Positions 24,055 through 36,028 are shown, counted from the whole stretch's first letter. The stretch: 61,211 nt of DNA, filler included, from Sphacelaria rigidula (GCA_964200075.2; 8 parts of 8 records of this genome joined end to end with filler, not necessarily neighbours in it); one strand, 5' to 3'. Numbers and translations: made by a program. Notes: generated by a model not told the origin, from the sequence alone.

Positions 24055-24302
24055 GACATGTTCTACGATACCCCCCCCCAAAACCAGCTTAATAGTGTCA
24101 AGAAAACAATAGTCATACAGCGCCTTATGTTTGGGCCCAGACTGCATGAAGCGCCTCAAATGGGCGACATTGGCGAGAACGAACCCGAGCGTGGGACTTC
24201 ACAACTGCTCATTGTGCTCGGCTTTTTCCATTCAGATTTACGTGAAGATTGCCTTCCCAAACCAGGCACACATTGTTTTGGGGGGGTATCGTAGAAAGTG
24301 TC
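24055..24302. mobile_element. GAC...GTC MITE (M1), intact, 248 bp
   Basis: TIR gac...ttctacgatacccccccc-aaaac / gttttgggggggtatcgtagaaagtgtc; perfect 4-bp TSD acca at 24051-24054 and 24303-24306. Confidence 0.9.
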
Positions 24303-25664
24303 ACCAAACTCATTCAAAATGCGAGCAGCAACGGGACGAGTCACGCGCAAATTACGCAATTCCTTCGTGAGAAATTCCGGAGCGGCCTCGAAAATATCCT
24401 TGAAAGGCTCCCACGTCCGCTCCTCAACTTCGGAACTAACCCAGTCGACCAACACGATCAACGAACGATCATCTGCTTCTGCCACTCGGACAATACCAGC
24501 CATCAGAAATTGCCCCTGATTGAAAGCATGCTGGAACACGTCCTTAACGTCAGGGGTAACATTAAGTTGCGAGTCTGCATAAAAGCGCAAACGAGCTACA
24601 TGGGCGGTCTGAAGACGACCCGAAACAATGCTTTTCATAAAAAAGAAGATGCGGGTGGTGAGCACCAACCACTCTCCATGGACCAGTCCAAGTCGCCATT
24701 AACTTGTGCGTATTGTAACACCCGGACGACGCACGCGTGCATACAAGACATAGTTGCCTACCTCAAAATTCGGCAATTCCAACCCCGACGAGGACTCCTC
24801 ACGTCTACGCGCACGTTCAGCGGCAACACGTTCCTGCACTTGAACGTGTAAACATTCTTGCAAGTCCAAGACTCCTTGCAACGCACTCTTCATTTGAACA
24901 TCATCCAGAACATCACACTTCCATTCCCCCGCCGACGAGGACGCCAGCACCGAGAAAGACGTCCGAGGGGCACGACCAAGCATCACGTGGTACAGCGTAC
25001 TATCGTACCGACGACGACACAATGTATTGAGCGCCCATTGCACCGCGGACAACACGTCCACCCACTCGGAAACCGCTCTACGCTGCTCGAGAAGAAGAGA
25101 GCGAAGAGCACAAACTACTTCCTTGACCATGCGTTCACACGTACTGTGAGACCACGGAGAATACGCCATCGCAAACTGGTGATCAAGCCGCAAAGTCTCT
25201 CGCAATCGGGCCAAGATCGCATTCTTAAAATGCGTGACGGTATCACTCACCCACACACGCGGCACCCCCAAAGTTTTGCACCAATTCAGCAAAGATGCAG
25301 CGGTCGATTCAGCAGTACACACTGCTACTGGTTCCAGAGCCACAAAGTTGCTCAAATCATCCATGGACACCAAAATGTATCGAAACCCAGCATCCTCCGA
25401 CAAACCTTGGGAAGCTAGCGGTCCACTCTCGCTCACGTACAAGAAGTAAAAATGAACGACTTCATTCGGCGTGGTCCCATGGACCGTTTCGCCGAGCGGG
25501 CGGGGAACAACATCGCCTGCCCTCGAGTCAGCACAGTGAAGACACTGATGGAAAAATTCGCGCACATGAGTTTCTATCCCCTGCCAGACACAAAACTCTT
25601 CCAAGCAAACGAGCGTCGCAGCCACACCACGATGCCCGGCGTCGCGCATGTACGCGTAAATCAT
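24303..25664 (-). pseudogene. Gypsy integrase and chromodomain
   Basis: GHRGVAAT...CLHC, PNEVVHFYF, DDLSNFV, WVSDTVTHF, STCERM; then HVARLRFY...LVDWVSSEVEERTWEP. Confidence 0.9.
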
Positions 25665-25700
25665 CAGACGTACCTGCAGCTGCTTGTCAGAACTCGGAAT

Positions 25701-27591
25701 TCACAAAACGTTTCGGCCACGCACATGCACACGAAACAGACCTTTATTGTCCAAGATAGCAGTACCAGCGTCCGATTCGAAAGATTGCACATCCGCATCT
25801 TCGGCCCCAAGGTCTTTTCGTTGCGCTCGAAGGACAACAGATTTAGACGGCATCGAGTCATCAGGTTCACACGGACCATACACAGCCACAGCGCGCACAG
25901 GCAAAGTGGGAATATTCGCCCAGCGCGAAAGCAAGTCACCCCACGCGTTACGGTCGCCCGACATATGGCAAATCGAGTAACGGTACTGGCCAAGAACAAC
26001 TCTCCAACCCTCCAAACGTTGTGCCAATGCGTTCGACACAGACGTAACGCACGCTTCTGGATTGAAAGTATACACGATATTTCGGTGATCCGTGAAAATT
26101 TGCACGCCATCCCACAACAGATGCTCCAAACGACGAAAAGTGCTTACGATAGCAAAACCTTCCATATCAATTGTGGCCCAACGCAACTGCGAACCCTCAA
26201 AATTACCACTGAGGAAAGCCAACGGTTCATGCGCCATGTCCTCAACTGGCAGGCGTCTTTGCATTTCCACTCTAGGTACCTGCGTAACGAAACTACCCCA
26301 ATGACACTCAGATGCATCGGGACTCATTAGCACCTGACGATCAGGACGAGGATGGAACAGCGTCACGGCGTGAGCCACCAGATCCTTCGCTGCCACCCAC
26401 GCCTGCAACCTGCCCTCCGTCCACGATGTAGGCGGAATAGCGCGGTTTTTTGCAACACGTTTTGTCCGCCTCGCAGCACCCGCCATGAGTTCTTCGAGGA
26501 AAAAACGCAAGGGAGCTACGGTTTCTGCCATACGTGGCACCGAGGTACGCAGCCAATTCACGGCCTACAGGAATTGCATGGGTTCTGCGGCCGTCTGCGG
26601 GTGCCGCATGTCAGACAAGCCTTGCAATCTGACAGGGTCATGAGATACGCGTCCGTGTGAGTACCCTTTCCCACACCATACGAGTTCACTAGCGAAGAAA
26701 GCGCATTTGTGCGCCGCCGCAAACAAACCAATATTCTCTAAACGAGTCAAGATAGCATCAAGCGTGTCTAAAAGTTCGTCTTCCGTGTCCGCGAAAAAAA
26801 ACACAGCACCCACCCATATTTTGAGCAATGCTACGGTAGGGGTGCACTTTTTTCGCGAAATTTTGTCTGGTTCAGAGGCTCCTAACAATTCTAAGCTCAG
26901 AAATTATTTCTGTACCCCTACCGTAGCACCACTCTCTTGCATTTCAAGCCGACAAGCAGTTCTGTCATGATACCTTGAAAATATGACGTGGCATTCAACA
27001 CGCCTTGCGGCACTCGCTTCGGGGTAAACAAGCCTAACGGGGTCGTGATTGTGAAAATCTCCTGCGCCTCCTCCGCCAACAGCATCTGCCCATAACCTTG
27101 GAGGAGGTCCAACTTGCCAAAAAACGAGCACTCAAGAGATCACGCATATTCGACTCTTGATTGGTCATCACACCCGGCGACTTCTCAACCTGATCATCAA
27201 CGGCCTTGTAGTCGCTTACCAGGCGAAACGAGTCTTTCTTGGGAACCGCCATCGCCGGACTGGACCATCCCGCCTGCAGGTTCCGGACTACCAACCCAAG
27301 CGCCAAAAGAGCCGCCATGCACGACGCCAACCAGCTCGACTTCACCGGATCGTATCGCCGCAGCTTCGTCTTCACCGCGGATGCCCCAGGTTTCAGCTGA
27401 ACACGCATAGGCTCCACGCGCGCAGGGGGATCACCCCGCAGCGCACGACGAAACGCGTTGACGCGGCGATGCAAGATGCCGCGCAGGCGTTCCGCTTTGG
27501 GGACGCTGAGGCCTTTCGCCGCAGCATCCGTCACGCCATCCTCCAGCGCGACCTTCCGAGCAGACTCCTCTTCCGCCGGGTCCATGAACAT
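25701..27591 (-). pseudogene. Gypsy reverse transcriptase and RNase H (frameshifted, catalytic DD decayed)
   Basis: VPKKDSFRLVSDYKAV, DLLQGYGQM, PQGVLNATSYFQ, IWVGA in place of xxDD; PDASECHWG, EGFAIV, FTDHRN, NAWGDLLSR. Confidence 0.9.
26823..26934. mobile_element. 112-bp GAG...CTC MITE inserted in Gypsy RT
   Basis: TIR core tgctacggtaggggt / acccctaccgtagca. Removing it plus one 4-bp copy (aaga/aaaa on the minus strand) restores LKCK-IWV. Confidence 0.8.
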
Positions 27592-27609
27592 ATCTGGGTC
27601 GCGCTCTAC

Positions 27610-29434
27610 TTAGCGTTCCACCGCCGCATCCCGCTCCTCGGTCACCTGCGCCCCAGCCTCCTGAAAAGCATCCACCGACAAGCTCACGCGACGGCTGCCG
27701 AAGAAAGCGGGCGTCTCCACGTGCAGACCAGGCGGAGACATCCGCGTATTGAGGGAATCCTTCAACCGCTCATACGGGTCGACTCCTAGATCCTGTAGCG
27801 TCGGCAGCCCCAGAAGGATAATGCCATCCGACCCTGGCATGGTCGCAAATGAGATCGGAGGCAACGGTGCCAGCCTCCAAGCAGTCTTGAAGGCTAGCTG
27901 CAACGGAACAGTAGGCTCCGTGACTGAAAGATGCTGACCCGACGCGGTGGCTCCTGCCGCGCCCCGAGCGGGAACGGGATGCGCAGCAGCACACCCGGGA
28001 GTTGACGCTCCAGTATCTCAACCACCTGCACCGGCAGACTAGTGAAATAGGCGCCAGAATCCAACACAGATCGAATCACAATGGCTCCACGTTGCCGTTG
28101 ATTCGGAAAACATAACTCCGCCGGAATGTATCTGTCGGCAAGCTCCACGGGAACTTCGTCCGCTGACCTATACGCCGCTAATCCCACTTGACGCCACGGC
28201 TGCGCAACCTGCGCAGGCGAAGACGCCCCGGCAGGTTCAAACGGCACCGCCGGCGGGTACGCCCCCCAGCCAGCAAACCAAGAATTTGGCGACCCTCCGA
28301 CCAGCGCGTCAACAGGCGTCGCGCCCGGCGCTGTTGCCGGTGTCGCCGCCGGCGCCATCATCGGCGCCGGCGCAGTGTTCGACCATGTAGAAGCCGGGGC
28401 CACTTGCACCGCCCGCTGCGGAGCAGCAGCACTTACGGCGGTGCCGGACCCAGAGCCAGGCCCATGCTGACGCCGCTGCCCCTGCTGCTGCTGGTTCTGC
28501 TGCGGCTGCGGCTGCTGCTGAGGGCTCACCTGCGATCCTCCATCACCGGAGGATCCGCCGCCGCCACCGCGATTACCTTGTCTTTTGCCCTTGTGCTGAC
28601 GATGCTGATGGCGCGCGGCACTGGACTGCCCAGACTCTCCACCGGTGGACGTTGGTCAATTGCGCGCGTAATGGCCGACCTGGCCACAGCGGTGGCGAGT
28701 CATACCCGCGGCGCGACCGGCTGATTTCGAGCCATGGTTGCGCGAAGATTTCGGCAAAGGGGCGGTTGACTGGCCGAACAACTTTATTTTTCGCCACTCC
28801 TCGGCCGCGGCCACGACGGTGCTCATCACCAGGTACGGGTCGTCCTTCCAGTCTGTTTGGTGCTGCAGCTTGACAAGCATGGCTTGCTTGAATTTTCCCG
28901 GTGCCAACTCCTCCACCAAAGCCTTAGTGATTACTGCTGACGGGCCGGGAATGAACTCACCATCGGGGGAACGATATACTTGTTCCACGTTCGGATTTTC
29001 CGTGAAGTACTCCTCCACATTGGACAGGATGGGTCCACCCACTCCAGCATCGCTTTTCCCCCAGAAGCCATTGCGACAGCTTTCGCCACGGCCGCGGACG
29101 CTTGGGTCAGATCTACCTCGGCGCACGCCGCATGCCCAGCATGCTTTTTGATCGCCGCAACCAATTTCGGTGAGGTGAGAGTGCTCTCATTATGTTCTAA
29201 ACGAGCGAACACTCTATGTACATGAGTTGGCACTTGTTGAGCCATTGTCACCACCTGGTGCCGCACGGCACCCCCTGCATTAGCATGCTTCATACGCTTC
29301 TTGTACTCCAAGTACCTCGTGTAAAAAGTGCGAGATGCACTCTCTGAGTACCGGTCCCCGTATTGGGGAGGTCGCAACTCTTCCCGCATGACCACGGGTG
29401 TCACGATGGACGTACTTCGTGAGCCGGTAGCCAT
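27610..29434 (-). pseudogene. Gypsy gag (zinc knuckle) and aspartic protease
   Basis: HRCGQVGHYARN knuckle at ~28690-28656; Q/A/P-rich linker; IRSVLDSGAYFTSLP; ILLGLPTLQDLG. Confidence 0.85.
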
Positions 29435-29705
29435 AGGTCTAGCTGTAACCGGCTACCTGCGAACCTCTGCAGGCCAGCGGACCTTCGCGGATTGCACTTT
29501 CTTTGCTTCGTCACCGCACCACACAGTCATAGGAGCCTCCAAACTCCCGCTGCACGCAGCTTCAGCAAGTAAGTCTCGAGTCTGGATCAATCACAGGCTA
29601 GCCGCCTTTTTGCAGCTACCTCAGCTGGAACCCTCTCCACGCGTTCGTGGTGTATCAGGTTTCCACAGCTACCAGACTCCTACCGAAAACCTTTTCAGCA
29701 GGTTT

Positions 29706-29750
29706 CTAGCACTAGCACTAGCACTAGCACTAGCACTAGCACTAGCACTA
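29706..29750. repeat. (CTAGCA)7 hexamer repeat at the expected PBS position
   Basis: Direct reading; 10 bp from the 5' LTR. Confidence 0.95.
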
Positions 29751-29760
29751 ATATCGAAAT

Positions 29761-30009
29761 TGTGGCGCCAGCCAGTGGAAGAACTACTCGATCACTGCTG
29801 TTGAGGGACTCCCCAGTCTTACTCGCCTCAGTTTCAGTTGTCAGCCTTTACAACATTCTCATTATTCAGGAGTGCCCTCGCAAGCACAGCCTCCCAGACA
29901 CGCCAGGGTATCAACCTAGTGTCCCCGGTCATTATCTAGATCATCACTACCAGCGTTTATTATCCAGATCATCACTACCAACTCAACGTAACGGCGTTAT
30001 TTCGTCACA
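29761..30009 (-). repeat. Gypsy 5' LTR
   Basis: TGTGGCG...CGTCACA, ~98% identical to 23716-23964. Confidence 0.95.
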
Positions 30010-30209
30010 TATTTCAGACTGAAAGAAGTCTTGAGCAAAATTATGGTCTGGCGCAGATGAGCAGTGGTGAGCAGTAGACCCAGCTCGCCCAGAACGTGTT
30101 TTGGTCCAAAATCATCTGAAAGGCGTCGATTTGAGCTCTGATAACGCACGCTTTGCCAGGGGAACACTTCGCACCTTCCTCGCCTGAGGGTTTCGTGCGT
30201 CTTGGGTCG

Positions 30210-30251
30210 GGGTTAGGGTTAGGGTTAGGGTTAGGGTTAGGGTTAGGGTTA
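30210..30251 (+). repeat. Interstitial telomeric repeat (GGGTTA)7
   Basis: Direct reading. Confidence 0.95.
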
Positions 30252-30657
30252 AGGGGGAGGGTAGCGACACTTGAAAAATTGTGTCACCCTTTTTTTTAAC
30301 GTAGCCCAACGACGATGAACCCTTTTGGGACCAGGCCTCCAGAACGACCAATGAGGCTGGTCAGGAATGGCGTGTCTGGCGTCTTAACGAAACGGTGGCG
30401 TGTCGCTGAAAATCCGTGTGTGTAACCGCAGGGTTATGACGAAGACCGAAACTTTTATCCAACCACTTTCAGGTGCACGGTGCGCATAAGGTAATGTACA
30501 TCTGATGTAGCAAGCAGTATGGGTCGCGGTAGAGAGCTTCCAACAGGATGCGGCGACNNNNNNNNNNNNNNNNNNNNNNNNNNNNNNNNNNNNNNNNNNN
30601 NTTAATTAATTAANNNNNNNNNNNNNNNNNNNNNNNNNNNNNNNNNNNNNNNNNNNN

Positions 30658-30990
30658 CGTCACAAGTCGACTCATCATACTAAAACCAAGTAATTTCCAG
30701 ACGAATCATAATCTGTCCGACCCTTGAAAGGTTGCCCCTGGTGCGATCCCATACAACAGAGCATCCGCCCTGGCACCGAAGTAAGCCCCTCCGCCCCAGT
30801 ACTACGGTGCTCTATCTCGAAAGGGGTCCGTGGTCAAATGGTCGAATGACTAAGGCGAGAAGCAAATGAGTACGCCCCCCCCTGCTCCGTCTCGAAAGGG
30901 ATGCGTGGTCAATGGTCACACGACTAACTAAGGCAAGCAACAAATGCACGCCCCCCCCCTCCCCCCCCCATTCCTCCCCATTCCTCCCCC
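30658..30990 (+). repeat. SINE family S1 3' half with duplicated LINE-like tail and poly(C)
   Basis: Continues the body seen at 37270-37335. The tail tctcgaaaggg..gtggtcaa..gactaaggc..caaatgagtacgcccc occurs twice (~30805-30882 and ~30883-30970). Confidence 0.7.
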
Positions 30991-31597
30991 TCTGGAGCGC
31001 TAGCCTAGATACTGGTGTATCCCCACAAGTCGCTCCCGTCTAACACATTTCCCCCACGCTAAAAAGGTGTGAAAGTCAATCCGGCGGCCTGGCATGTGAT
31101 GAAGGTCCCCCATCGATGGAGCACTTGGTGAAGGCTCCTTCAGGCCTATCAAAAGGGCCTCCTTCGTCCGAGCACGGCCACACGCATAAGAGCACTTGTC
31201 GTGTAAAATAAGCTCGCCATCTAAATCGTAGTCGTAGTCGCCCGACTGTAGGTCGGTTGAGCGATGCATATAACCAAACCGGCCTTTTATGTCTGATCCG
31301 GCGTAACCTCATTCGGCATTACGACTAGTTCGCCACGAAATACTTGAATTCATGTATACATTTTGCCCGCCCGTCGTCACCTGCGAGCAAAGACAGCATT
31401 GCGTGCTAGCCACCTCACTGCTAGATACCCGGAGGCAATTCCACGCGTACCGCACCGCCCAGTCGATCTCGTACCCTACCGCGCGCTCACACACACCCAC
31501 ACGAGAACTTCTACGGGGTAATAATGTTCTGCGTTCATTTGTCATAAGCTGATCCATTCTCTTCCTCGTACGTGGACTATCGCAGCCGGTACTCTTC

Positions 31598-31714
31598 ATG
31601 GCGGGCCATGCTGACTTCGACGCCGTGCTGGCCGCGTTTATGAGTGCGGACAACACCGTGAGGCGGCAGGCAGAGGCGGTCTGGGAAGAGAAGAAGACGC
31701 GGGCGCCCGATGAG
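31598..31714 (+). CDS. Importin-5/importin-4-like karyopherin-beta, exon 1
   Basis: ATG...gag|gtaaag; MAGHADFDAVLAAFMSADNTVRRQAEAVWEE (importin-beta N-terminal DNxxRxxAE). Confidence 0.85.
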
Positions 31715-32963
31715 GTAAAGACACTGATTATTTCAAGGGCAGGTCGAGAAGAGTATATACTCAATTGCGGGGTATTTTCAAACTCGTACTTCAAGTACAC
31801 GAATGGGGGGGTAGGGTTTTAGAGATCGCTTTCCCGTTTTTTGGGGGTTATGACTACTAACACTCTATCCTAATTTGAGTACCTCGAGTACGCCTTTCAA
31901 AATACCCAGCAAGTGAGTATACTAAACTCGACCTGCTCTTGAATTATTTGCTTTCCCCCGCGCCCTTGTCGTTTGTCTTGCTTTTGTCTCTGCTCGTCCT
32001 CCTTTTCTTCTCCTTGCTTTTTTTTTTTTTATTGTCGACCGACGGCGTCGTTCTCGGGATGAGCCCGCTGTCTTCACAACATGAACATGAAGCCATCTTT
32101 CCCCCGAAGCCTCCTTGTCTCGATATTTGTTGATATTTGACCGTATGGTTTACCGCAAGGCTTTGGATCACCCAACATTCCCGCCTTTCTTCGAATTTCA
32201 TGTTCGAAAACTTCGATTTCTGAATCCTGGAGCCGTAAAAAATGTTATGGGGGGAATGTCCGCCGTGACCTATACAGAAGTGGGCGGTCTCACCATTCAG
32301 GGATATTTTGGGGTTTTCCTCGCGTACCAGTTTTCGATAGAACTCAAAATTGCTAGCGTCGGTAGATTTTGGAACATTGAAAATATCATCCTCGAAACAC
32401 AGTGCCCACGTCAATGTTAGCTGGTGTTATCGTACAATACGAGTAAATTCCTCGTTCAACAGGAGGGCGTTGTTGACCGTTAAATATAGTTTTCGGCTCA
32501 AGTGCCGTGGGTGGGTAAAATTGAAATTTTTAAGAAAACAAAACTGAACCCTTCTCCACGGATATGATTGGAGCAGGCTCGATCGATCAAAAATACCGAA
32601 GAGTAGGATTCTGGACTGAAACGGGGCGGAACCCCCGACGACCAGTCAGCCCGTGAGTCACTCAATATTGAGTTGAGTAACGATGGTCTTCTCTTTTAGA
32701 ATATAAAGCGGATACAAATATCTTCAGATCCTCAATGTGACGAGCGGTGGCGAGCGAAAATCGCCCACGAAAATCGACAATCACGTAAAAATCACAAAAT
32801 GCCACGAAATGATCATAGTAGTTAGACCGCTCCATACTGTAGTGAGGCGATATTACGGGACAACATGGTAATGTAATGGGCGGTCGAGATTTGCCACGTG
32901 ATCTGTCGTGAATGTTGTGCAAGTAAGTGTCACATCCCTTGATTGCGATGGCTCATATACCAG

Positions 32964-33108
32964 GTGCTGGAGAGCATGTGCGCCGTGATGATCAGGCGCG
33001 AAGCCGCAAATGAAGGCCTGAGGGCCATGACCGCGGTTCTTATGCGTACGCTCTTCGGCCTGCGGTCGGACCTCTGGTTCCGCGTCCAGCCAAATACCAA
33101 AGTTGGAG
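32964..33108 (+). CDS. Importin-like, exon 2
   Basis: ccag|...gag|gtgagg, phase 0 to 1; EGLRAMTAVLMRTLF...LWFRVQPNTK. Confidence 0.85.
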
Positions 33109-34716
33109 GTGAGGGAAGCGTACGGCGTGCTGTTGTGGCGAAACACTTGAGAGTTCCAGCATAGTGCAGTGGGTCGCTTCCACGTCGCGGCCGCACGGTG
33201 CTGGATCCTCGCGCTTCTGCGGTGTGATGCATTTGCCTGTGACGGAGTGACTGACTGCACTGTGGCGGGGCCCTCACTGTACCTTTTTTTGTCCCCTCGT
33301 GCACGAGGTAGATTTGTCAGGACAAATTTCACCTGTTGACCTTGATTTGAAGGTTGTGTTCCTGTAGGGTATTTCCGATAGTGTGTTTTTCCTTTTTGTC
33401 GCCATACCGAACCACAAACCGTTCCGGAATGTGTTCCCAACAATCAACGGTCAGGTTGGAAGTGCACCGACGGCAAAAAAGAATCCCCCCGGTATACTTT
33501 TGTAAATGCCCTACAGTACTTTAGCCGGTGTCCCCTACAGAAGGCAGCAAGGATTCCTTTCGATGGCGGTCAACATCAACGGAAACAGCCGAGCAACCCC
33601 TCTATCACGCGCGCGCGTTTGGGAGTACCAACTCACGCGAACATTTTACACGCCGTGTGCTTCGTAATGCCCATGCCCTGTCTTGTGTATTAGTTGCTGG
33701 ATCCGAAGTGAGAGGGTTGTTGACGTTTTTCTAGGGGTTGACTTACCGTCTGTCCGTGCCATGTCGCGTCTCGGGGCCACCAAGGAGGTGAGGCCTTCGA
33801 ACCGTGGAGCCATCTATTGAGGACGTGTATGTCGCTGAGAAACGTTCGAGTACTCGTGTTTTTGTTTGTTTTTTGTAGAAGAGATGATTATGCGGGTGTG
33901 AAGAAATATTTTTTCGATGGCTTCGGTAAGGGGGTTCAAACTTCGAATCCAGTCATGCCCCGAGTGTTGATTTTCGTCTGGCGTTCCTCATTTCATTACT
34001 TCAAAGCATGGTTGTATTTTCTTGTTATGAAACAGTTCCCTAACGGTGATCCGAGTTGTGCGCAATTTGACATGTGTTGAAGAGGGAGCAGATAATGTAG
34101 AACACGCAGGAGCCGACGAGTTCTGCTGTGTCAGATCGTAGATATGGAAGAAAAAAAATCCCGGGGTACATGCCAAATGGCGGCATACAGTACTCAGATA
34201 CTGCAGTGTCGTCGGTCCGGCGGAAATGCAAACACCAGGGGAAAAGTACTTTCAAGCCCGGCGACAGCAACAAGACACGGTCATTTTCCAGTGAGTCGTG
34301 TTCGTGATGCCAGCTCAAATCTCGTTGGCTTGATTTTAGTTTGCAAATGCTCACCCAGTAAAGTGAGATCCGCCCCCCACCCCAACTCGGGAATGAAATT
34401 TCACATCAAAGATAGTTCTTGGAGTGTGTCCGCAGGAGAAAATACGACATGTCAGGCCAATCACGTATCGTTGGTTCGAACTCTTGCAAAAACACACGGG
34501 AAGGGGGGAAAGGGGGGAGTAGGTGCTGACGTTGCCTTCAACCATGGACGAGACGCCACTTGATCTTGTCCGAAGTGCAGTCTGCCTACTAGTTGTTCCC
34601 TCTGCGGGTTGCTTCGCCGGTTCTACCAGGATACGTGGCGTCCACACTAAGCAGATTCATCGTACCCTTCCCCGTCCCCAACCACGTTCGCTCGCTATGT
34701 TGTTGCTATTGATCAG

Positions 34717-34826
34717 TAAAAGCTGCACTTCTATCGTGCCTGACTGAGGAACCCGTGGCGCACATCCGAAGAAAATTGACGCATGCCGTGGGACAGCTTG
34801 CAGGCGTTTCCGCATCCGACACCGAG
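34717..34826 (+). CDS. Importin-like, exon 3
   Basis: tcag|, phase 1 to 0, matching exon 2; (V)KAALLSCLTEEPVAHIRRKLTHAVGQLA. Confidence 0.85.
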
Positions 34827-35156
34827 GTTTGTCCCGTAACGAGACGCTCAAAGATTCACAGACTGTCGTTGCTCCACTCCTCTTTTCAAGATCTGTATAC
34901 TCCTTTTCTCTCTCTCTTTTTTTTTTCCTCTCCTTCAGTTGTAATTATCCAGCAGTCGGGTTATAGTGGGTACCCGGGAGTTTTTTCAACGTTCGGGTCA
35001 GCTATCGTTCCCCAAGCATACGGCGCTTTCACTGGAAGATCCGTGAGCGTGAAATAAGTACAGCATACGCTGAATACCACCATCTCATTTTGGGGTACGT
35101 TGTGTTCTATTCCTGGCTTATCGGTTGCCAATTTTCTGAATCAAATGAATCACCAG

Positions 35157-35303
35157 TGGCCGGAGCTGATGGCCCTAACGGTGGCGCTCTGCAGCTCTAC
35201 GCAACCGAATCCGACCCTGAAGGTGGTGGGATTGGATCTGGTGAACATCTTGGCGGAATTTTGCCGACACATGCTCGCACCGCACGAGACGGGACTGCTC
35301 CAG
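35157..35303 (+). CDS. Importin-like, exon 4
   Basis: ccag|...cag|gtgagg; WPELM...LVNILAEFCRHMLAPH (WPEL HEAT motif). Confidence 0.88.
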
Positions 35304-35424
35304 GTGAGGATCACGAGGGCAACGGGGAAGGGACGAAAGAATGGAAGAACACGGGGGTCTTCGTATCTGTAGGATTTGCCGATCTTACACATGTCGGCAC
35401 GTCGGCGTAACCCGGCGAAAACTT

Positions 35425-35561
35425 CACACCCTGGACAAAAAAACATACGGTCAAAAATTGTACTGTGTACAGTATCGACTATTGCGCCTATTGCAACAGA
35501 CAAAATACTGCATACTGTACTTGGTACATTTTTTGCAATATAATCTGTTGTCCAGGGTGTG
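35425..35561. mobile_element. 137-bp MITE with perfect 8-bp TSD (hAT- or Zisupton-type signature)
   Basis: TIR cacaccctggacaa / ttgtccagggtgtg; TSD gaaaactt at 35417-35424 and 35562-35569. Confidence 0.88.
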
Positions 35562-35665
35562 GAAAACTTGGGTGGTTGCACCTCTGGGTGACGGGCGAGT
35601 GCCATAGGCGCAAGCTGTAAGGGTTCACACTCAGATCGAGTGAAAAAAAAGCCGAGAAAATTCTA

Positions 35666-35805
35666 CAGACCCTGGACAAGTGATTGCGTTGTCAAAGAAG
35701 TGTACTGTGTACAGTGAGGGAGGCATTGTCTGTTGCAAAATAACGCAATAGTCTATGCTGTACGCAGTACACGTTTTGACAGTGTCACATATTGTCCAGG
35801 TTGTG
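35666..35805. mobile_element. Second, inverted, older copy of the 137-bp MITE
   Basis: cagaccctggacaa / ttgtccaggttgtg; internal sequence resembles the reverse complement of the first copy; no TSD. Confidence 0.7.
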
Positions 35806-36028
35806 CGAAGGTTTGATGCGACCAAGTGGTGAATACTACTGTCAACAACACGTACACACGAACCACTTTTCCTCACAGGGTGACGGCTTCATACGAGAAA
35901 AACGAAATGAACTTCTGCCCGCCACCCCTACCCTCTGATCTCTTTGTTGCCTCGCCTGGTTCTGTTGATGACTGTGTTGTGCGCGACGGGCGACACGGGT
36001 GTGGTTGGCACGCACAATAATCCAATAG

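Larger units (their letters stand above)
23716..30009 (-). mobile_element. Full-length Ty3/Gypsy chromodomain LTR retrotransposon (disabled)
   Basis: 249-bp LTRs; order gag-PR-RT-RH-IN-chromo on the minus strand; many frameshifts and two MITE insertions; flanks gatt/tatt. Confidence 0.95.

Noticed and set aside
24737..29804. Long plus-strand ORFs (e.g. 25452-26330, 27157-27789) as antisense genes
   Set aside because: Shadow frames of the GC-rich Gypsy pol on the opposite strand; no motifs.
30210..30251. True chromosome end
   Set aside because: Only 7 units, with non-telomeric sequence continuing on both sides.
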